Counted from the first letter of the stretch, positions 24,034-37,504 are shown. The stretch is DNA of 64,000 nucleotides from Octopus sinensis (GCF_006345805.1 NC_043003.1:32860001-32924000); one strand, 5' to 3'. Numbers and translations are program-made. The notes: generated from the letters alone by a model not told the origin.

Positions 24034-24034
<1 letters not shown>
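23816..24034 (+). mobile_element. SINE family C monomer with (TTA)n tail
   Basis: aggcggcgagctggtagaatc head, gagttcaaattcc B box, core, end tagtaggaagga(tta)n. Confidence 0.85.
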
Positions 24035-24094
<60 letters not shown>

Positions 24095-24095
<1 letters not shown>

Positions 24096-24263
24096 AGCGG
24101 GGAGCTGGCAGAATCATTAGCACACCTGGTGAAATATTTAGCGGTATTTCATGTGTTTTCACGTTCTGAGTTCTAATTCCGCCAAGGTCGACGGAGAACT
24201 GGGGTCGATGTAATCGACAGGCGCCTTCTCTCAATATCAGCCTTGTGCTTATAGTAGAAAGGA
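24095..24263 (+). mobile_element. SINE family C monomer, core deleted, with (CTA)n tail
   Basis: Same head; jumps from gccaaggtcgac to actggggtcgatg; ends tagtagaaagga(cta)n. Confidence 0.8.
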
Positions 24264-24277
24264 CTACTACTACTACA

Positions 24278-24338
<61 letters not shown>

Positions 24339-24554
24339 TACTACTACTACTACTTTATCATTATCAGTTTTTACCTGTTCACCTTCTTGAGATATGTATT
24401 TGTATTTCGTTAACGGTAGTATTTATTCCTGCTTTCCTTGCTTCACATCCACCACTATAATAAAGCGGGATTATCTGATTATCATCAACATCACCGCCTA
24501 GACAATTAATACCAACATCGTCATCGCGATACTAATCATCGTAACCTATGGACA

Positions 24555-24765
24555 ATATCTTGTTGTTCTTCTTCTTGTTCTTGTTCTTCTTGTTCTTGTT
24601 CTTCTTGTTCTTGTTCTTCTTGTTCTTGTTCTTCTTGTTCTTCTTGTTCTTGTTCTTCTTGTTCTTGTTCTTCTTGTTCTTCTTCTTCTCGTCCTCCTCG
24701 TCCTCCTCCCCCTCTCCTTCTTCTTTTTCTTCTTCTTCTTCTTCTTCTTCTTCTTCTTCTTCTAG
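24555..24765. repeat. (TTC/TTG)n compound microsatellite
   Basis: Directly visible. Confidence 0.9.
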
Positions 24766-25810
24766 TTCTGTTGCTGTTGTTGCTGCTGATGCTGCTTCTT
24801 CTTCTTCTTTTATGATGCCCCCTTCATACTTCAAACTCACAAATGTCCTCTGTTCGTTCTGGAGGTTAAGGAGGTGATTTAACTCTTAATCTCAATTACA
24901 ACATAGGAATAGAGACGTTCTTAGCAACCATTAGAAGTTTTATTGCTCCCTGCAGTGAATTGTTTCTATTCCTACGTCTACTACACGGTTATTTACACGA
25001 TTTGACAAAACGAAATCCATAGTTGCTAAGGTATTTGCTATGTCTATGTCGCTATATTTGCATGGGGTATTCGACTGGACTAAGTGCGCCGTTGCTAAGA
25101 CGTATGGCAAATGCACAGCCTTATTTATCCGCTACGTATATCTCTGCTGCGCTGAGTAAACTCGGGCTGTAAAGCATGGACCTCGTACGCACGCACGCAC
25201 ACACACACACACACAACACATTCACGTGTGTATATATGTATTTATCGCCCTCTCCCCCCTCTCTCTCTGTATATATGTATATATGTATATATGCATATAT
25301 GTACGTAGTGTATATATATATGTATATATGTATATATATGTATGTATGCATGTATATATATATAATTATATATTATATATATATTATATATATATATATA
25401 TAGATATATATATACAAACATGTATGTATGCACATGCTTGCAATCGCGGTTACAGCTTATATGTATTTGATTATACATTACTTTGCATCTTCATTTCTTT
25501 GCAGAACACCATGGTTGTTTATATACATACATACACATACATACATACATACATACATACATGCATGCATAATACGTACAAAGACACACACACACACACG
25601 TATATATATATACACACATAAATATGCGTATATAGACATATATATGCATATATATGCATATACATTCACACACACACACACACACAGTCACACAGACGCA
25701 GACACAGACAAATAGAGAGAGACACACACACGCATAATCATACACGCACATACAATGCACTATGCTGATGTTCATATATGTGTGTGTACATTCACACACA
25801 CACAACACAC

Positions 25811-25867
<57 letters not shown>

Positions 25868-25871
25868 TATA

Positions 25872-26742
25872 CAGGGTCTCCCCAAATTAAAACAACAAAT
25901 TTTTTTTTCAATTTTACCAAAGCAAAATATTGTGATATTTCGGGTCCGAGAGTTACAATGGTAACAGAAACGCCAAATATGACACTACCACATTTATTCG
26001 ATATGACCACTCCTGTTTCGAATAACAGCCTTAAGTCTAGATGCAAATGCTGCACACGCGGCACGTTGTTGCGAAATCGAAGCTTATTCCTGGCGCAGTT
26101 TTGCCTTTAGAGCGTCGATCGAAGCATGCGGAGTGCCTCCAAAATGAACCAAACAGAAAAATCCAACGGGTTGAGACCGGGGTTTCTTGAAGGCTATACA
26201 TCCTTGGCTACGAACGAGGGAATCATTTTCTGAATCCAGTGTTGTGTCAGTTTGGAGCTGTGAAATGGTTCCGAGTCCTATTGGAGGCTCCAAGGAGCAC
26301 CTTGAAAGTGTTCATTCACCCATGGAAGCAGTTCAGCTTCTAGAATGTCGCTAATGTATCATTGGGCGTTGATTTTAACACCTGAGGACACAAAAACGAG
26401 GTTAGACCTTGCAGTGGCTGTTACAGCCACCCAAACTATAACTGACAGTGGATTTTGACATCGATTTATGAGTCTACACTCGACGGAGCCAGATACATTC
26501 CAAAGTCGGTCATTCTAGTGGTTTACGTTTGTTCGATGTCAAATTTCTTTTCATCAGTGAACACTAGGTCGGGCAGCGTGTCTTCAGCAATCTGACGTAA
26601 GACAAGACGATTTCTCTCCAGTCTCATGGTTTTATATACTTACGTGAGCTCATGACGGCCTATCATCTGGCAGGGATGGGTCCTGAAATCCTCCCTCAAC
26701 ATTCTATACAACGATGTTCGGATTACTTTTGCTATGACATAA

Positions 26743-26745
<3 letters not shown>
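25872..26745 (-). mobile_element. DD37D (maT) transposon remnant with 3' terminus
   Basis: TA|CAGGGT terminus; PDLVFTDEKKFDIEQ; Q*D-SEPFH...NPGLNPL-DFSVW with 37 residues counted between the 2nd and 3rd Asp; in-frame stops. Confidence 0.85.
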
Positions 26746-26825
<80 letters not shown>

Positions 26826-27046
26826 CACACTCACACACACACACTCACACACACACACAGATACACACACACAAATATAGATATCTATTTGTGCATGCAA
26901 AATCTTTGCTTTGAAATTATTTAAATCACTTGGTTCTTCTTTCGAAAACAATACTTGACAAATTAGGTATAGATAGGTGTCTTGTATGGGAGACATGAGG
27001 TGAGGTAACCAAATCTTGGAAGTAAAATTTGTTATTGCAAACATAT

Positions 27047-27441
27047 AGGCGCAGAAGTGGCTGTGTGGTAAGTAGCTTGTTTACCAACCACATGGTTCCG
27101 GGTTCAGTCCCACTGCATGGCATCTTGGGAAGTGTCTTCTACTATAGCCTCGAGCCGACCAAAGCCTTGTGAGTGGATTTGGTAGACGGAAAAAACTGAA
27201 GAAGCCCCCGTAGTTATATGTATATATATGCATATGTGTTCTGTGTTTGTCCCCCTAGCATTGCTTGACATCCGATTTGGTGCTTTATGTCCCCGTTACT
27301 TAGCGGGTTCAGCAAAAGAGACCGATAGATTAAGTACTGGGCTTACAAAAGAATAAGTCCCGGGGTCGAGTTGCTCGATTAAAGGCGGTGCTCCAGCATG
27401 GCCGCAGTCGAATGACTGAAACAAGTAAAAGAGTAAAAGAG
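27047..27441 (+). mobile_element. tRNA-derived SINE family A, full length
   Basis: Complete head, body and tail ending (gagtaaaa)n. Confidence 0.9.
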
Positions 27442-27515
27442 CATATCGGATTTACATACTTACATATAAACCTAGGTAGATACCATAACTGGTTTCCTCC
27501 GAACATTTATGCATG

Positions 27516-27549
<34 letters not shown>

Positions 27550-27552
<3 letters not shown>

Positions 27553-28760
27553 CTATACAATATGTTACATACTCGTAGTCAAGATAAAACTCTTGAGTTT
27601 CAGATGCCGAAGTGGAAATCCACAACACCATCTCTTCGGTTATCTGGCTATTTGAAAACGTTATGAAAAAATTACCGTTAAAAATGAAGGGAAATTACTC
27701 TGTTATAACTCTGCTTTGCCTGCGTACTTAACATCGCTCGCATTTTTCGTCAAAAATATATAAAAATACATAAAAATATATAAAAATATATAAAAATATA
27801 TAAAATTTTCTTGGGACATACACAGAAAGCATGTTCTATCCGTTTTCTTTAGGGGACCAAAAACGTAACAGAAATTAGTCACATGTGGGCATGATCCGAA
27901 AAGCTCTGTCCTTGTATTTAGACATGTGGTAGGGTCTAAGCTGCTTTTCCAGATAAGCCATCCTCCATGTCGCATAAACCGCACCTTCCGCTGCCGTTAG
28001 TATAGGGCTTACATCTGGCCAAAATCTTCCATTGTATGTTATAATCGACACCTTTATCTCTTAAAGAACAAATATGATTGGATAATTGTGTCGCTTTCTT
28101 TTGTTCCAGTGCCTAAAGCTCAAAGTGTGGTTATTGAACCTGGCCTTGAAATACCCTCTGTAAGGCCCACGTATTTCTTCGTCGAAACGGTGTCTTTAGT
28201 GGTTATAGAGTTTACGGTAGCTTCATATGAGGTCTTGGACATGCAAGCTCCATTTAGCGGGCACAATTCTTTATTCTGCATGGAACACTGTTTTCTTCTG
28301 TGTTTTTGTATGTTATGATTGATTATGTTTTTTAAAATGGTAGTTGAACTAAAACTAATTTTTAAATTGTGTCTATGAAGAGGTTCTTATAAGCTGGTTA
28401 ACTGGAAAATGTCTATCTATCAGTGCTAGAAATATTTACCTATATTGAAGGCCACCTCGGGTGAGTAAGGGGGCGTAGGCGAAACAGATGACCTTCCTAT
28501 TTCTATTATCCTTTTCCTTACTGTTGGGCTAGTGATAGTGTATATTTTATTGTTTCGCTAAAAACATATCTTTTAAAGCTTTGTATAAACCGGGGCAACG
28601 CTATTGAAGATGTCCTCATTAGATGAGAGGCTAGAAATCCTCTTACTAATATTTTTAACTAAAATTTTTGAATACTATAGAGGGGGATGGCATGAACCTA
28701 CATTAATATACTTAGTCTATCATTGGGCTTCCTATAAGGCTATAAATATTATTATTAAGA
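27550..28760 (-). mobile_element. 5'-truncated Penelope-like element (RT thumb/linker, GIY-YIG endonuclease, 3' terminal repeat)
   Basis: With frameshifts: SCHPPSI..KNISKRISSLSSNEDIFNSVAPVY.KAL; PYSPEVAFNIGKYFLALIDRHFP; CPLNGACMSK..YEATV..KKYVGLTEG.FKARFNNH..LSNHI; CGLCDME; LNTRTELFGSCPH. Confidence 0.9.
27582..27645 (-). ncRNA. Atypical hammerhead-like motif in the PLE 3' repeat (left arm)
   Basis: AGATAA-CCGAAGA-GATG..GTGGA(tt)TCCAC..CATC-T-GAA-ACTC(aa)GAGT-T-TTATCT. Confidence 0.55.
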
Positions 28761-28774
28761 TCTAAGGAAACGTC

Positions 28775-29670
28775 TAAGAAATTGACAACCGTCAGGTTAG
28801 TGTCTATAGTTATACTAAGTCCGAAGTGTTTCATTAACAATCATAACATACAAAAAAACACAAGAAGGAAAACAGCTGTTCATGCAGGAATAAAGAATTG
28901 TGCCCGCTAAATGGAGCTTGCATGTCCAAGACCATATAATGAAGCTACCGTAAACTCTATAACCACTAAAGACACCGTTTCGACGACGAAGAAAACGTGG
29001 GCTGACAGAGGGTAATTCAAGGCCAGGTTCAATAACCACACTTTGAGCTTTAGGCCCTGGAACAAAAGAAAAGCGACACAATTATCCAATCATATTTGGT
29101 CTTTAAGAGATAAAGGTGTCGATTATAACATACAATGGAGATTTTGCCAGATGTAAGCCCTATACTAACGGCAGCGGAAGGTGCGGTTTATGCGACATGG
29201 AGAGAGGGCTTATCTGGAAAAAGCAGCTTAGACCCTACCACATGTCTAAATACAAGGACAGAGCTTTTCGGATCATGCCCACATGTGACTAAATTTCTGT
29301 TTACGTTTTGGTCCCCTAAAGAAAACGGATAGAACATGCTTTCTGTGTTATGGTCCCAAGAAGATTTTATATATTTTATATATTTTATATATATTTTATA
29401 TATTTTTATGACGAAAAATGCGAGCGATGTAAAGTACGAAGGCAAAGCAGAGTTATAACAGAGTATTTCCCCTTCATTTTTAACGGTATTTTTCATAACT
29501 TTTTCAAATAGCCAGATAACCGAAGAGATGGTGTTGTGGATTTCCACTTCGGCATCTGAAACTCAGAGTGTTATCTTGAATACCGAGTAATGTAACATAT
29601 TGTATAGATAAATTCCTCTATTTACATAATTGAGGTCTCTTTCTTTCTGTTATCTTACCTTTATTCAATT
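28775..29670 (+). mobile_element. Second, shorter copy of the same PLE in opposite orientation (head-to-head)
   Basis: 28838-29610 is the reverse complement of 27550-28321; SCSCRNKELCPLNGAC and downstream GIY-YIG motifs on the plus strand. Confidence 0.9.
29514..29576 (+). ncRNA. Atypical hammerhead-like motif in the PLE 3' repeat (right arm)
   Basis: AGATAA-CCGAAGA-GATG..CATC-T-GAA-ACTC(a)GAGT-G-TTATCT; G at the cleavage position breaks the NUH rule. Confidence 0.45.
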
Positions 29671-29691
29671 ATATATATGTATATAATATAT

Positions 29692-29745
<54 letters not shown>

Positions 29746-29803
29746 TATAATATATATATATTATATATAATATATATATCTATATAATATATAATATAAT
29801 TGT

Positions 29804-30082
29804 GGGCACTCCGTTCTGTTACGATGACGAGGGTTTCAGCGTGACAACAGAGTGGGACAAAGCGGCCCTTTGAAATACAGGTACCACAGAAACAGGAAGA
29901 AATAGTGAGAGAAAGTTGTGGTGTTAGAGTACAGCAGGGTTCCCCACCACGCCCTGCCGGAGCCTCGTGTAGCTTTAGATGTTTTTGCTCAATAAACACT
30001 CACAACGCCTGGTCTGGGAATCGAAGCCGCGATCCTACGTCAGCGAGTCAGCTGCCCTAATCACTAGGCCATTACGCCTCCA
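29804..30082 (-). mobile_element. SINE family B', internally deleted
   Basis: Reverse complement matches 11592-11972 but lacks about 0.1 kb of the tail. Confidence 0.85.
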
Positions 30083-30519
30083 CAAATGTATATACATACA
30101 TACATATATATGTATATATATATTTGCACAAGTCTATATCTATGTATATAAAAAAGGAAACAAAAGCTCTGCTGGACCGGAGGTGTCGTGTAACTCTCAG
30201 TCCATAGGTAGATCCGTTTGTTGTCATGTGGTATGCATGAGATCGGAAGCCATTACTCAGTAGATCCCACCAAGACAATGAGAAAATGAGATAGTCAATA
30301 AATTTGGGCTCTATTGTAAGAGAAGTGTATAAGGATATCCGATTGTTTTGTCGATAGAACCACACGCACGAATTAAGCTGGAAAAGCAGTCTCGTCGCAT
30401 TCTTACGCCATTCCTTTGTACGTATTCAATACTTAGGGTAAAACAGGGATTAATTTTTACATTCTAATGTTTATTCTTTGTTTACGGATTACTTTATACC
30501 ACAGGGATTAAATTTGTAT

Positions 30520-31330
30520 GGATCTTGCCATTTTAAAATGAGTTTAAATCAGATCCATATCAGACTCTGCATGCTGTATGTATTCGGAAGATGCTCTTCC
30601 GGCAATGGAAAAAACAGGAAATATTCGTTCTGTTTATGGAAATAGAGCTTTAAGTACCCATGCATTTCTGGATTTCTGGAAGGAGTCTTTCTGTGATGAC
30701 CTGGAGACAATCCAAGAGTATTCGAGCTAATATCATTTCTACAATAGCAAGTAGAGAGGTTCCACAATAATTTCCACAGGATTTTCTCTCTCCTTTCTTA
30801 AATATATTGATAATGACGTTGCCGCACATCTCTAGAAACAGGCTGAAGAGTTTAGATTGCAAAGGCAGTGCGCCGCCATGTGGCAGAAATTCTAAAAAGA
30901 TGTTATCATTTCCCGAAGGTTTTCTCGCTTTCATATATTTCATTGTATTCCGGAAATCTTGAAACGAAAAGTATATTCATCGAAGGTTGTAACAAATGGA
31001 AAGGACTTTTCACAGGGAATCTTCAACTGTTGTCGACTCGTGATTTAGCAAAAGAGTGAAAATGTTCCTTCCAGCGGTTAAGAATATCCTGCGAGTCGAT
31101 TATGATGATAACACTATCTGTTGCTAGTAGAAAACCAAATTTATAGTATCAAACAGTTGTTTGATTCCAACTTAGGAGTTTCTAAGATCCCGAGCATCAG
31201 CATACGGTTGGAATGCTCTTGCTTTCTGCTCATAATACACGTTCTGCAGACCCTCAGCCCCGTTTGGCACTCTTGTTTGATCTTCTTGTAGCGAATTTCC
31301 TTAAAATTACATCTTGAGTCTTGTTCATAG
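30520..31330 (-). pseudogene. RTE-clade LINE linker and RT N-terminal remnant
   Basis: MKYMKARKPSGNDNIFLEF..GG..LQSKLFSLF..IINIFKKGERKSCGNYCGTSLLAIV..ILARILLDCL...ERLLPE.Q. Confidence 0.8.
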
Positions 31331-31547
31331 GATAACTGGGCCTTTCGTTGATCATCGATTAATTTCCTCTCCGTTGTCATTAAACCAGTCTTGGTTCTTA
31401 CTTTTTTACTTTTGGAGAATCCAATATTGCATTTGGTAGATAATTTCACATACATACATACATACATACATACATACATACATACATACATACATACATA
31501 CATACAACATACATACATACAAACATACATACATACATATATATATA

Positions 31548-32450
31548 TATATAACTCCAGTCTGATCTATATGCTGTGAGTCAATGGGCAGACAAAAACA
31601 AAATGCAACTGAATGAGGGAAAATTTGAGCTGATGCATTTTGGAAGAAATTCCTCACTAAAACAACCATACTCTCTTCCTTCAGGGGAACCGCTCACAGC
31701 CTCTGGGTGTAATTGTTGATGACGATCTCAGTTGGAGTGCACACATCAACAAGAAGGTCGATATAGCTCATAGGATGAGTTCCTGGATCTTAAAAACTTT
31801 CCGGTCCAGAGAACAAGGTGTCATCATACCACTCTTCTCCTCCTTTGTACGGCCACACCTTGAATACTGCTGCCCACTGTGGTCTCCTCACACAAGACAA
31901 AACATCTCCAGAATTGAGTCACCCCAGAGGGCTCTCACTAAACAAATTGAAGGCATGGCTGCTCTCGATTATTGGGATCGCCTTAAAGCCTTGAAACTTT
32001 ACTCCCTCCAGCGTCGCCGTGAGCGGTACATCATTGTGTACGATGTGGAAAATATACCGCCAACTTTGCCCAAACGACCTAAACATTAGCTTCAAGGTTC
32101 ATCCAAGATTTGGACCACGGGCTATACGTCCCCTGCCAAATTCAAGATCACAAACATACATGTACACTGCAACATAATTTCTTTTCCTCAACAGGCCCTG
32201 CCCTATTTAACATTGTCCCGAGGGAGATCAAAGAGGAAAAGGATCCCATCAACTTTAAACAGAGTCTGGATAGATTCCTTCAAAGAATACCAGATAAGCC
32301 ACCCATAATTGGATACAACTCACCCAACAAGAACTCACTACTTGAACAAAACTTGACTTAACAGGATTCGAATAATCCTATCAGGTGGTGCTATTAAGTT
32401 AGACATGGCCTGGACCAATCTCTGGTCGAAAACATCTAAGTTTATCTAAG

Positions 32451-32457
<7 letters not shown>
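31548..32457 (+). mobile_element. CR1/L2-type LINE, 5'-truncated, RT C-terminus and intact 3' end
   Basis: LQSDLYAVSQWADKNKMQLNEGKFELMHFG; FVRPHLEYCCPLWSP; RLKALKLYSLQRRRER; 3' stem-loop gacca..tggtc and (tctaagttta)n tail. Confidence 0.9.
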
Positions 32458-32483
<26 letters not shown>

Positions 32484-32517
32484 GCATATGATAATATAAA
32501 TAATACATACATACTTA

Positions 32518-32581
<64 letters not shown>

Positions 32582-32801
32582 TTATATATCCCTATATGGA
32601 TACAGGACGTTACCAGCTGTGTAAACAACATGAAGTACGAAAACAAACCAGTTAAATCCGCAAACAACGAAAGTAAAAATGGAAAACAGGACAAGTAACA
32701 CAGAGAACGACCCTTCATCAGTTGTCGGCTATTTACTCCTCGTTTCGACCATTCAACTTATATATATATGTAGATATACAAATTCGCTCATACGTATCAC
32801 A

Positions 32802-32834
<33 letters not shown>

Positions 32835-33232
32835 TACACACATAAACATACACATACGCATGTACTTGCCCTGACTGTAGAAACCTACGACCAAAGCCTT
32901 CCATTCACGACCATCCTGTCATTTTTCTGGACACTATATCTCTGAGTACGTTACCTATTACTAGAATTAATCATTACAAATCTAATGATTTTTCCCTTCT
33001 TCGGATGCAATTTTAAATATTTAACGTATTTTGGCTGATCAGTGCGCACTTTACAAATAGTTTACATGTGGCAAGCGTCCTTGAATAAGTTGTACGCTGT
33101 CATTGTCATGACTGAACCATTCCATTGTTTGATCTGAAGATCGACTGCTGCTACTCTCTCTTTCTCTCTCTCTCTCTCTCTATATATATCTATCTATATA
33201 TCTATCTATCTATCTATTTGTCTGTCTCTCTG

Positions 33233-33303
<71 letters not shown>

Positions 33304-33415
33304 GTCTATCTGTCTGTCTGTCTGCCTACTTGCTGTCTGCCTGTCTGTTTGTCCGTCTATCCGTCCGTCCGTCTGTCCATCCATCCGTATACATAAATGT
33401 ATGTGCGCATGTATA

Positions 33416-33822
33416 CTCTTTTACTCTTTTACTCTTTTACTTGTTTCAGTCAGTTGACTGCGGCCATGCTGGAGCACCGCCTTTAGTCGAACAACTCGAC
33501 CCCGGGACTTATTCTTTGTAAGCCCAGTACTTATTCTATCGGTCTCTTTTGCCGAACCGCTAAGTTACGGGGACGTAAACTCACCAGCATCGGTTGTCAA
33601 GCAATGCTAGGGGGACAAACACAGACACACATATACACATACATACATACATACATATATACACATATATACGACGGGCTTCTTTCAGTTTCCGTCTACC
33701 AAATCCACTCACAAGGCTTTGGTCGGCCCGAGGCTATAGCAGAAGACACTTGCCCAAGGTGCCACGCAGTGGGACTGAACCCGGAACCATGTGGTTGGTA
33801 ACCTAGCTACTTACCACACAGC
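33416..33822 (-). mobile_element. tRNA-derived SINE family A, full length, well preserved
   Basis: Near-identical in layout to the reverse complement of 27047-27441; (ttttactc)n tail. Confidence 0.92.
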
Positions 33823-33879
33823 CACTCCTGCATATATATATACATACATATATATATATATATATACATACATATATAT

Positions 33880-33944
<65 letters not shown>

Positions 33945-33949
33945 TATAG

Positions 33950-34001
<52 letters not shown>

Positions 34002-34279
34002 AATACATACACACACACATATAATATACATATATATTGAATATGTATAAATATATATATGAAAATATACACACCCACCACATACGCACTCACACACAGA
34101 TGTATAGGAAAGATAGAGAGAGGAAAGGAGAGAGAAATGATGTTATTAAAATTAGGTTCAATAATTATAATGAAGAAAAATGATGGCATCAGTTATTAAT
34201 CAAATGATGGCAGAAGTGGGTTATCTTTCTCTAGTCTTCATATATTTTTTCGTTTCCTACTACTCTTCCTTAAAAATTA

Positions 34280-34347
34280 CCATAACATCACCACCACTAC
34301 CACCAATACCACCACCACCACCACTACCACCACCACCAGTACCACCT

Positions 34348-34379
<32 letters not shown>

Positions 34380-34426
34380 GCTGCTGCTGCTGTTTCTTCT
34401 GCTGCTACAGGTGCTGCTGCTGCTGC

Positions 34427-34462
<36 letters not shown>

Positions 34463-34504
34463 AACCACCACCACCACCACCACCATCACTACTACTACTA
34501 CTAC

Positions 34505-34553
<49 letters not shown>

Positions 34554-34590
34554 GCTACTGCTGCTGCTGCTGCTGCTGCTACTACTACTG

Positions 34591-34650
<60 letters not shown>
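34280..34650. repeat. Compound (CCA)/(CTA)/(CTG)n microsatellite
   Basis: Directly visible. Confidence 0.95.
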
Positions 34651-36433
34651 CGAGTTGACTTCTTACATTCTTCCTTTATCGATTTTGTCCCGTTCGTTTC
34701 TTCAACAACTTTGTTATGTTATGAGATTCAAATTCCATCTCCACTCTTCCACTCTCCTTTCGTCTCCAACACAACAAAGGAAAATGTCGTATTCAGAAGA
34801 AAATCCACACTATTAGATATTAGATTATTCTTTCGTATTTTCATATTTCATTATTGATTAACGAAGACAAAAAAACATGAAAATGCTATAAGAAATTTGA
34901 TTCAAATTAACAAAGATGATATTTTTTTGTTTTTAATTGCTGCTAATGACGTGGGCTGCATATTACAAAGCACCATCTTACCAAATGTTGTTGTCATCGT
35001 TGTTGTTGTTGTTGTTGACTAATCCTAGATTTGCTCTGATTGCACTGTTGGGAAAGATGTTCCGTCTATGACCATCTCGTTTTATTTATTATCTTCTTGT
35101 GACGCAATGTTTCCATGCCAATAACAGCTAGTGTTGATTTCATTTTTTAGGAAGACGTGAGAGTATGATTTGAAAGAGACTTGGTTGCTGTTGATAGCAA
35201 ATCGAGTGACAAGGTAAAGACTCTTTCGTTGACTCGTCTTGCTGAGACCGATTTAAATCCACAATTCAAGTTGTTCCTCTTTGATTCTATCTCCAATCAT
35301 CACTGGTACATCTCGATATCGAGAAGATAATTGTATTAGCAGAATGCTGACCTAAAACAATACTTACAACAAATATATTAGAACAAATTGACAAGACCAT
35401 GTTATGAATAATGAAATCTTTAATCAAATTTGTCTCAGTAAATTTGGGGCCGAGATAAAATGAACAACCGCAATAGGATAACCACGTGAAGAGAATGGAT
35501 ATTGCATGAAGAAAGGCGTCAAGCTGGAGCTTTATGGCGGCGTTATAAGGATCAACGAAAGCGAATACTTAAGAACTTTAATATTGATGAATCCTCGTGA
35601 AAAGTTGACACGTTTATTCGTACATTTTGGGATAAAAAATTCAACATTGGGTGTGAATTCTTTGAAAATAGCAGCAAACAGGAGTCTGAGAAAAGAGACG
35701 CTGGCGGACCAAGAACACGTTTGGATTCAGCATCACTCCAAATTCCATGACCTTATCTAGCTAACGTTCTCGAGAATGGCGTATTTGTTATAACTTCTTA
35801 AGTAGTTCTCTTCCCTTGAAGTTTATACCATTAATCAACCAATAATGAACGAGCCAACGAAGGAAATATCTTTAATAATCTACAATATTTATTAATTAGA
35901 TTTTAAACTCACTACGTTATAATGACATTGACACAATCCATTTGTTTCACGGATACAATATGTTATCAGAATATTTCGTTATAAATAATCGGTATATTTT
36001 ATTGTATGATACTATCATTCATAAGTTATTTCTTCTTCCTAGAATATTTCATTTTGAAACAGTTGCAATTTTACAAGCCAAAAAATCTCTCTCTCCTCTT
36101 TGATAACTTATCAAATAATAGTTTTGTTACTCAAGGAGCACGCAAACTTGATATCTTTTGAATAGCAATCACTGATAAGGTTGAGCCAAAGAGAGAATTT
36201 ATACACGGGTATATTGCTAGAAATAGCATCAAATCCCTTTTTAAATTACACACGACCGTTTTAAACTAGAAAGGAAGAATTGGATAACGATGTCATTGGT
36301 ACACTAAGTATGAGAGTAAAAATAAAAAACAAAAAAATTAAAGAAAACGGAACATTTATTGCTGGAATGTGTTGAATTGTAACGTTTTCGATTGATGCTA
36401 TTCTGGGACTGAAGAACCACTGAATAGTAGAAT

Positions 36434-36635
36434 GGATTTCAAATTTTGGCACAAGGCCAGCAAATTCGGAGTGGTTAAGTCGATTACATCAACCACACTG
36501 TTCAACTCATACTTCTTTTATCGATCCCGAAAGGATGAAAACAAAGTCAACTTGGCGAAGTTTGAACTCAGACGGACGAAATACCGCTAAGCATTCTGCC
36601 AGGCGTGCTAACGGTTCTGCCAGCTCACCGTCTTG
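36434..36635 (-). mobile_element. SINE family C monomer with probable 14-bp TSD
   Basis: Family head and core on the minus strand; ctgaat(a/g)gtagaat at 36420-36433 and 36636-36649. Confidence 0.8.
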
Positions 36636-37395
36636 CTGAATGGTAGAATTAATCGAACGCCTGGTTTAATGCCAACACGTGGCTTTTGAGTGCCTTTTGT
36701 AGAGTCCGTTTTGTTAAAAGTATTCACATCTGGTCTTCTGTCTGGAGATAGAGAACTCACTGCCACGATGCAATATTTCCTACTGTACAAAACGATGAGT
36801 CGTAACTAATTTCTCGATTTTCATCCACCAGTCTTGGTCATTGGCAGCAAGTTTCGTCCTATGACTTAGCCATAAACAAAAAAAGCATTGCAATACTGTT
36901 TATTGAATATTGTTTCTTGTATTACAATAGCGTGTTTATTATTCATTATAGGAAAAATAACAGGACTAGATAACAGTAGAAATAAAAGAGCGAAGCTGTT
37001 CTATTTAGTATTCGAAATAATGGCATATTGAGAGATCTCGTAGTTACTAGTTAAAATAGAGTTCAGACTAGAAATCTAACTTTAATTTCTTCTATTGTAC
37101 AATACATTTTTTTCCTTTTCCATTTTCGGTTTTACTTTTCGTTTTTCTTTTTCATCAAAATCTTCCAGTTTTGCCTCCATTTCTTTATAAAACTTTCCAC
37201 ATTTGTTTCTTTCGCTCGCTCTCTACCTGTTTGTCTGTCCGTCTGTCTCTCCCCCCCTCTCTCTCTATATATATATATATGTATATATATACATATATAT
37301 ATGCATGTGTATATGCATATACATATATATATTTATATGTATATATATATTATACATATATGTGTATACATGCATGCATATATATATATTATGTA

Positions 37396-37504
<109 letters not shown>

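Noticed and set aside
32620-32760. CTGATGA and GAAAC motifs on the minus strand suggesting a permuted hammerhead
   Set aside because: The flanks cannot form helix II or III in any permutation I tried; left as an unclassified repeat-like segment.
35506-35760. 84-aa non-repetitive ORF as a host exon
   Set aside because: No recognisable domain, the adjacent frame has stops, and there is no supporting neighbouring exon; more likely decayed TE sequence.
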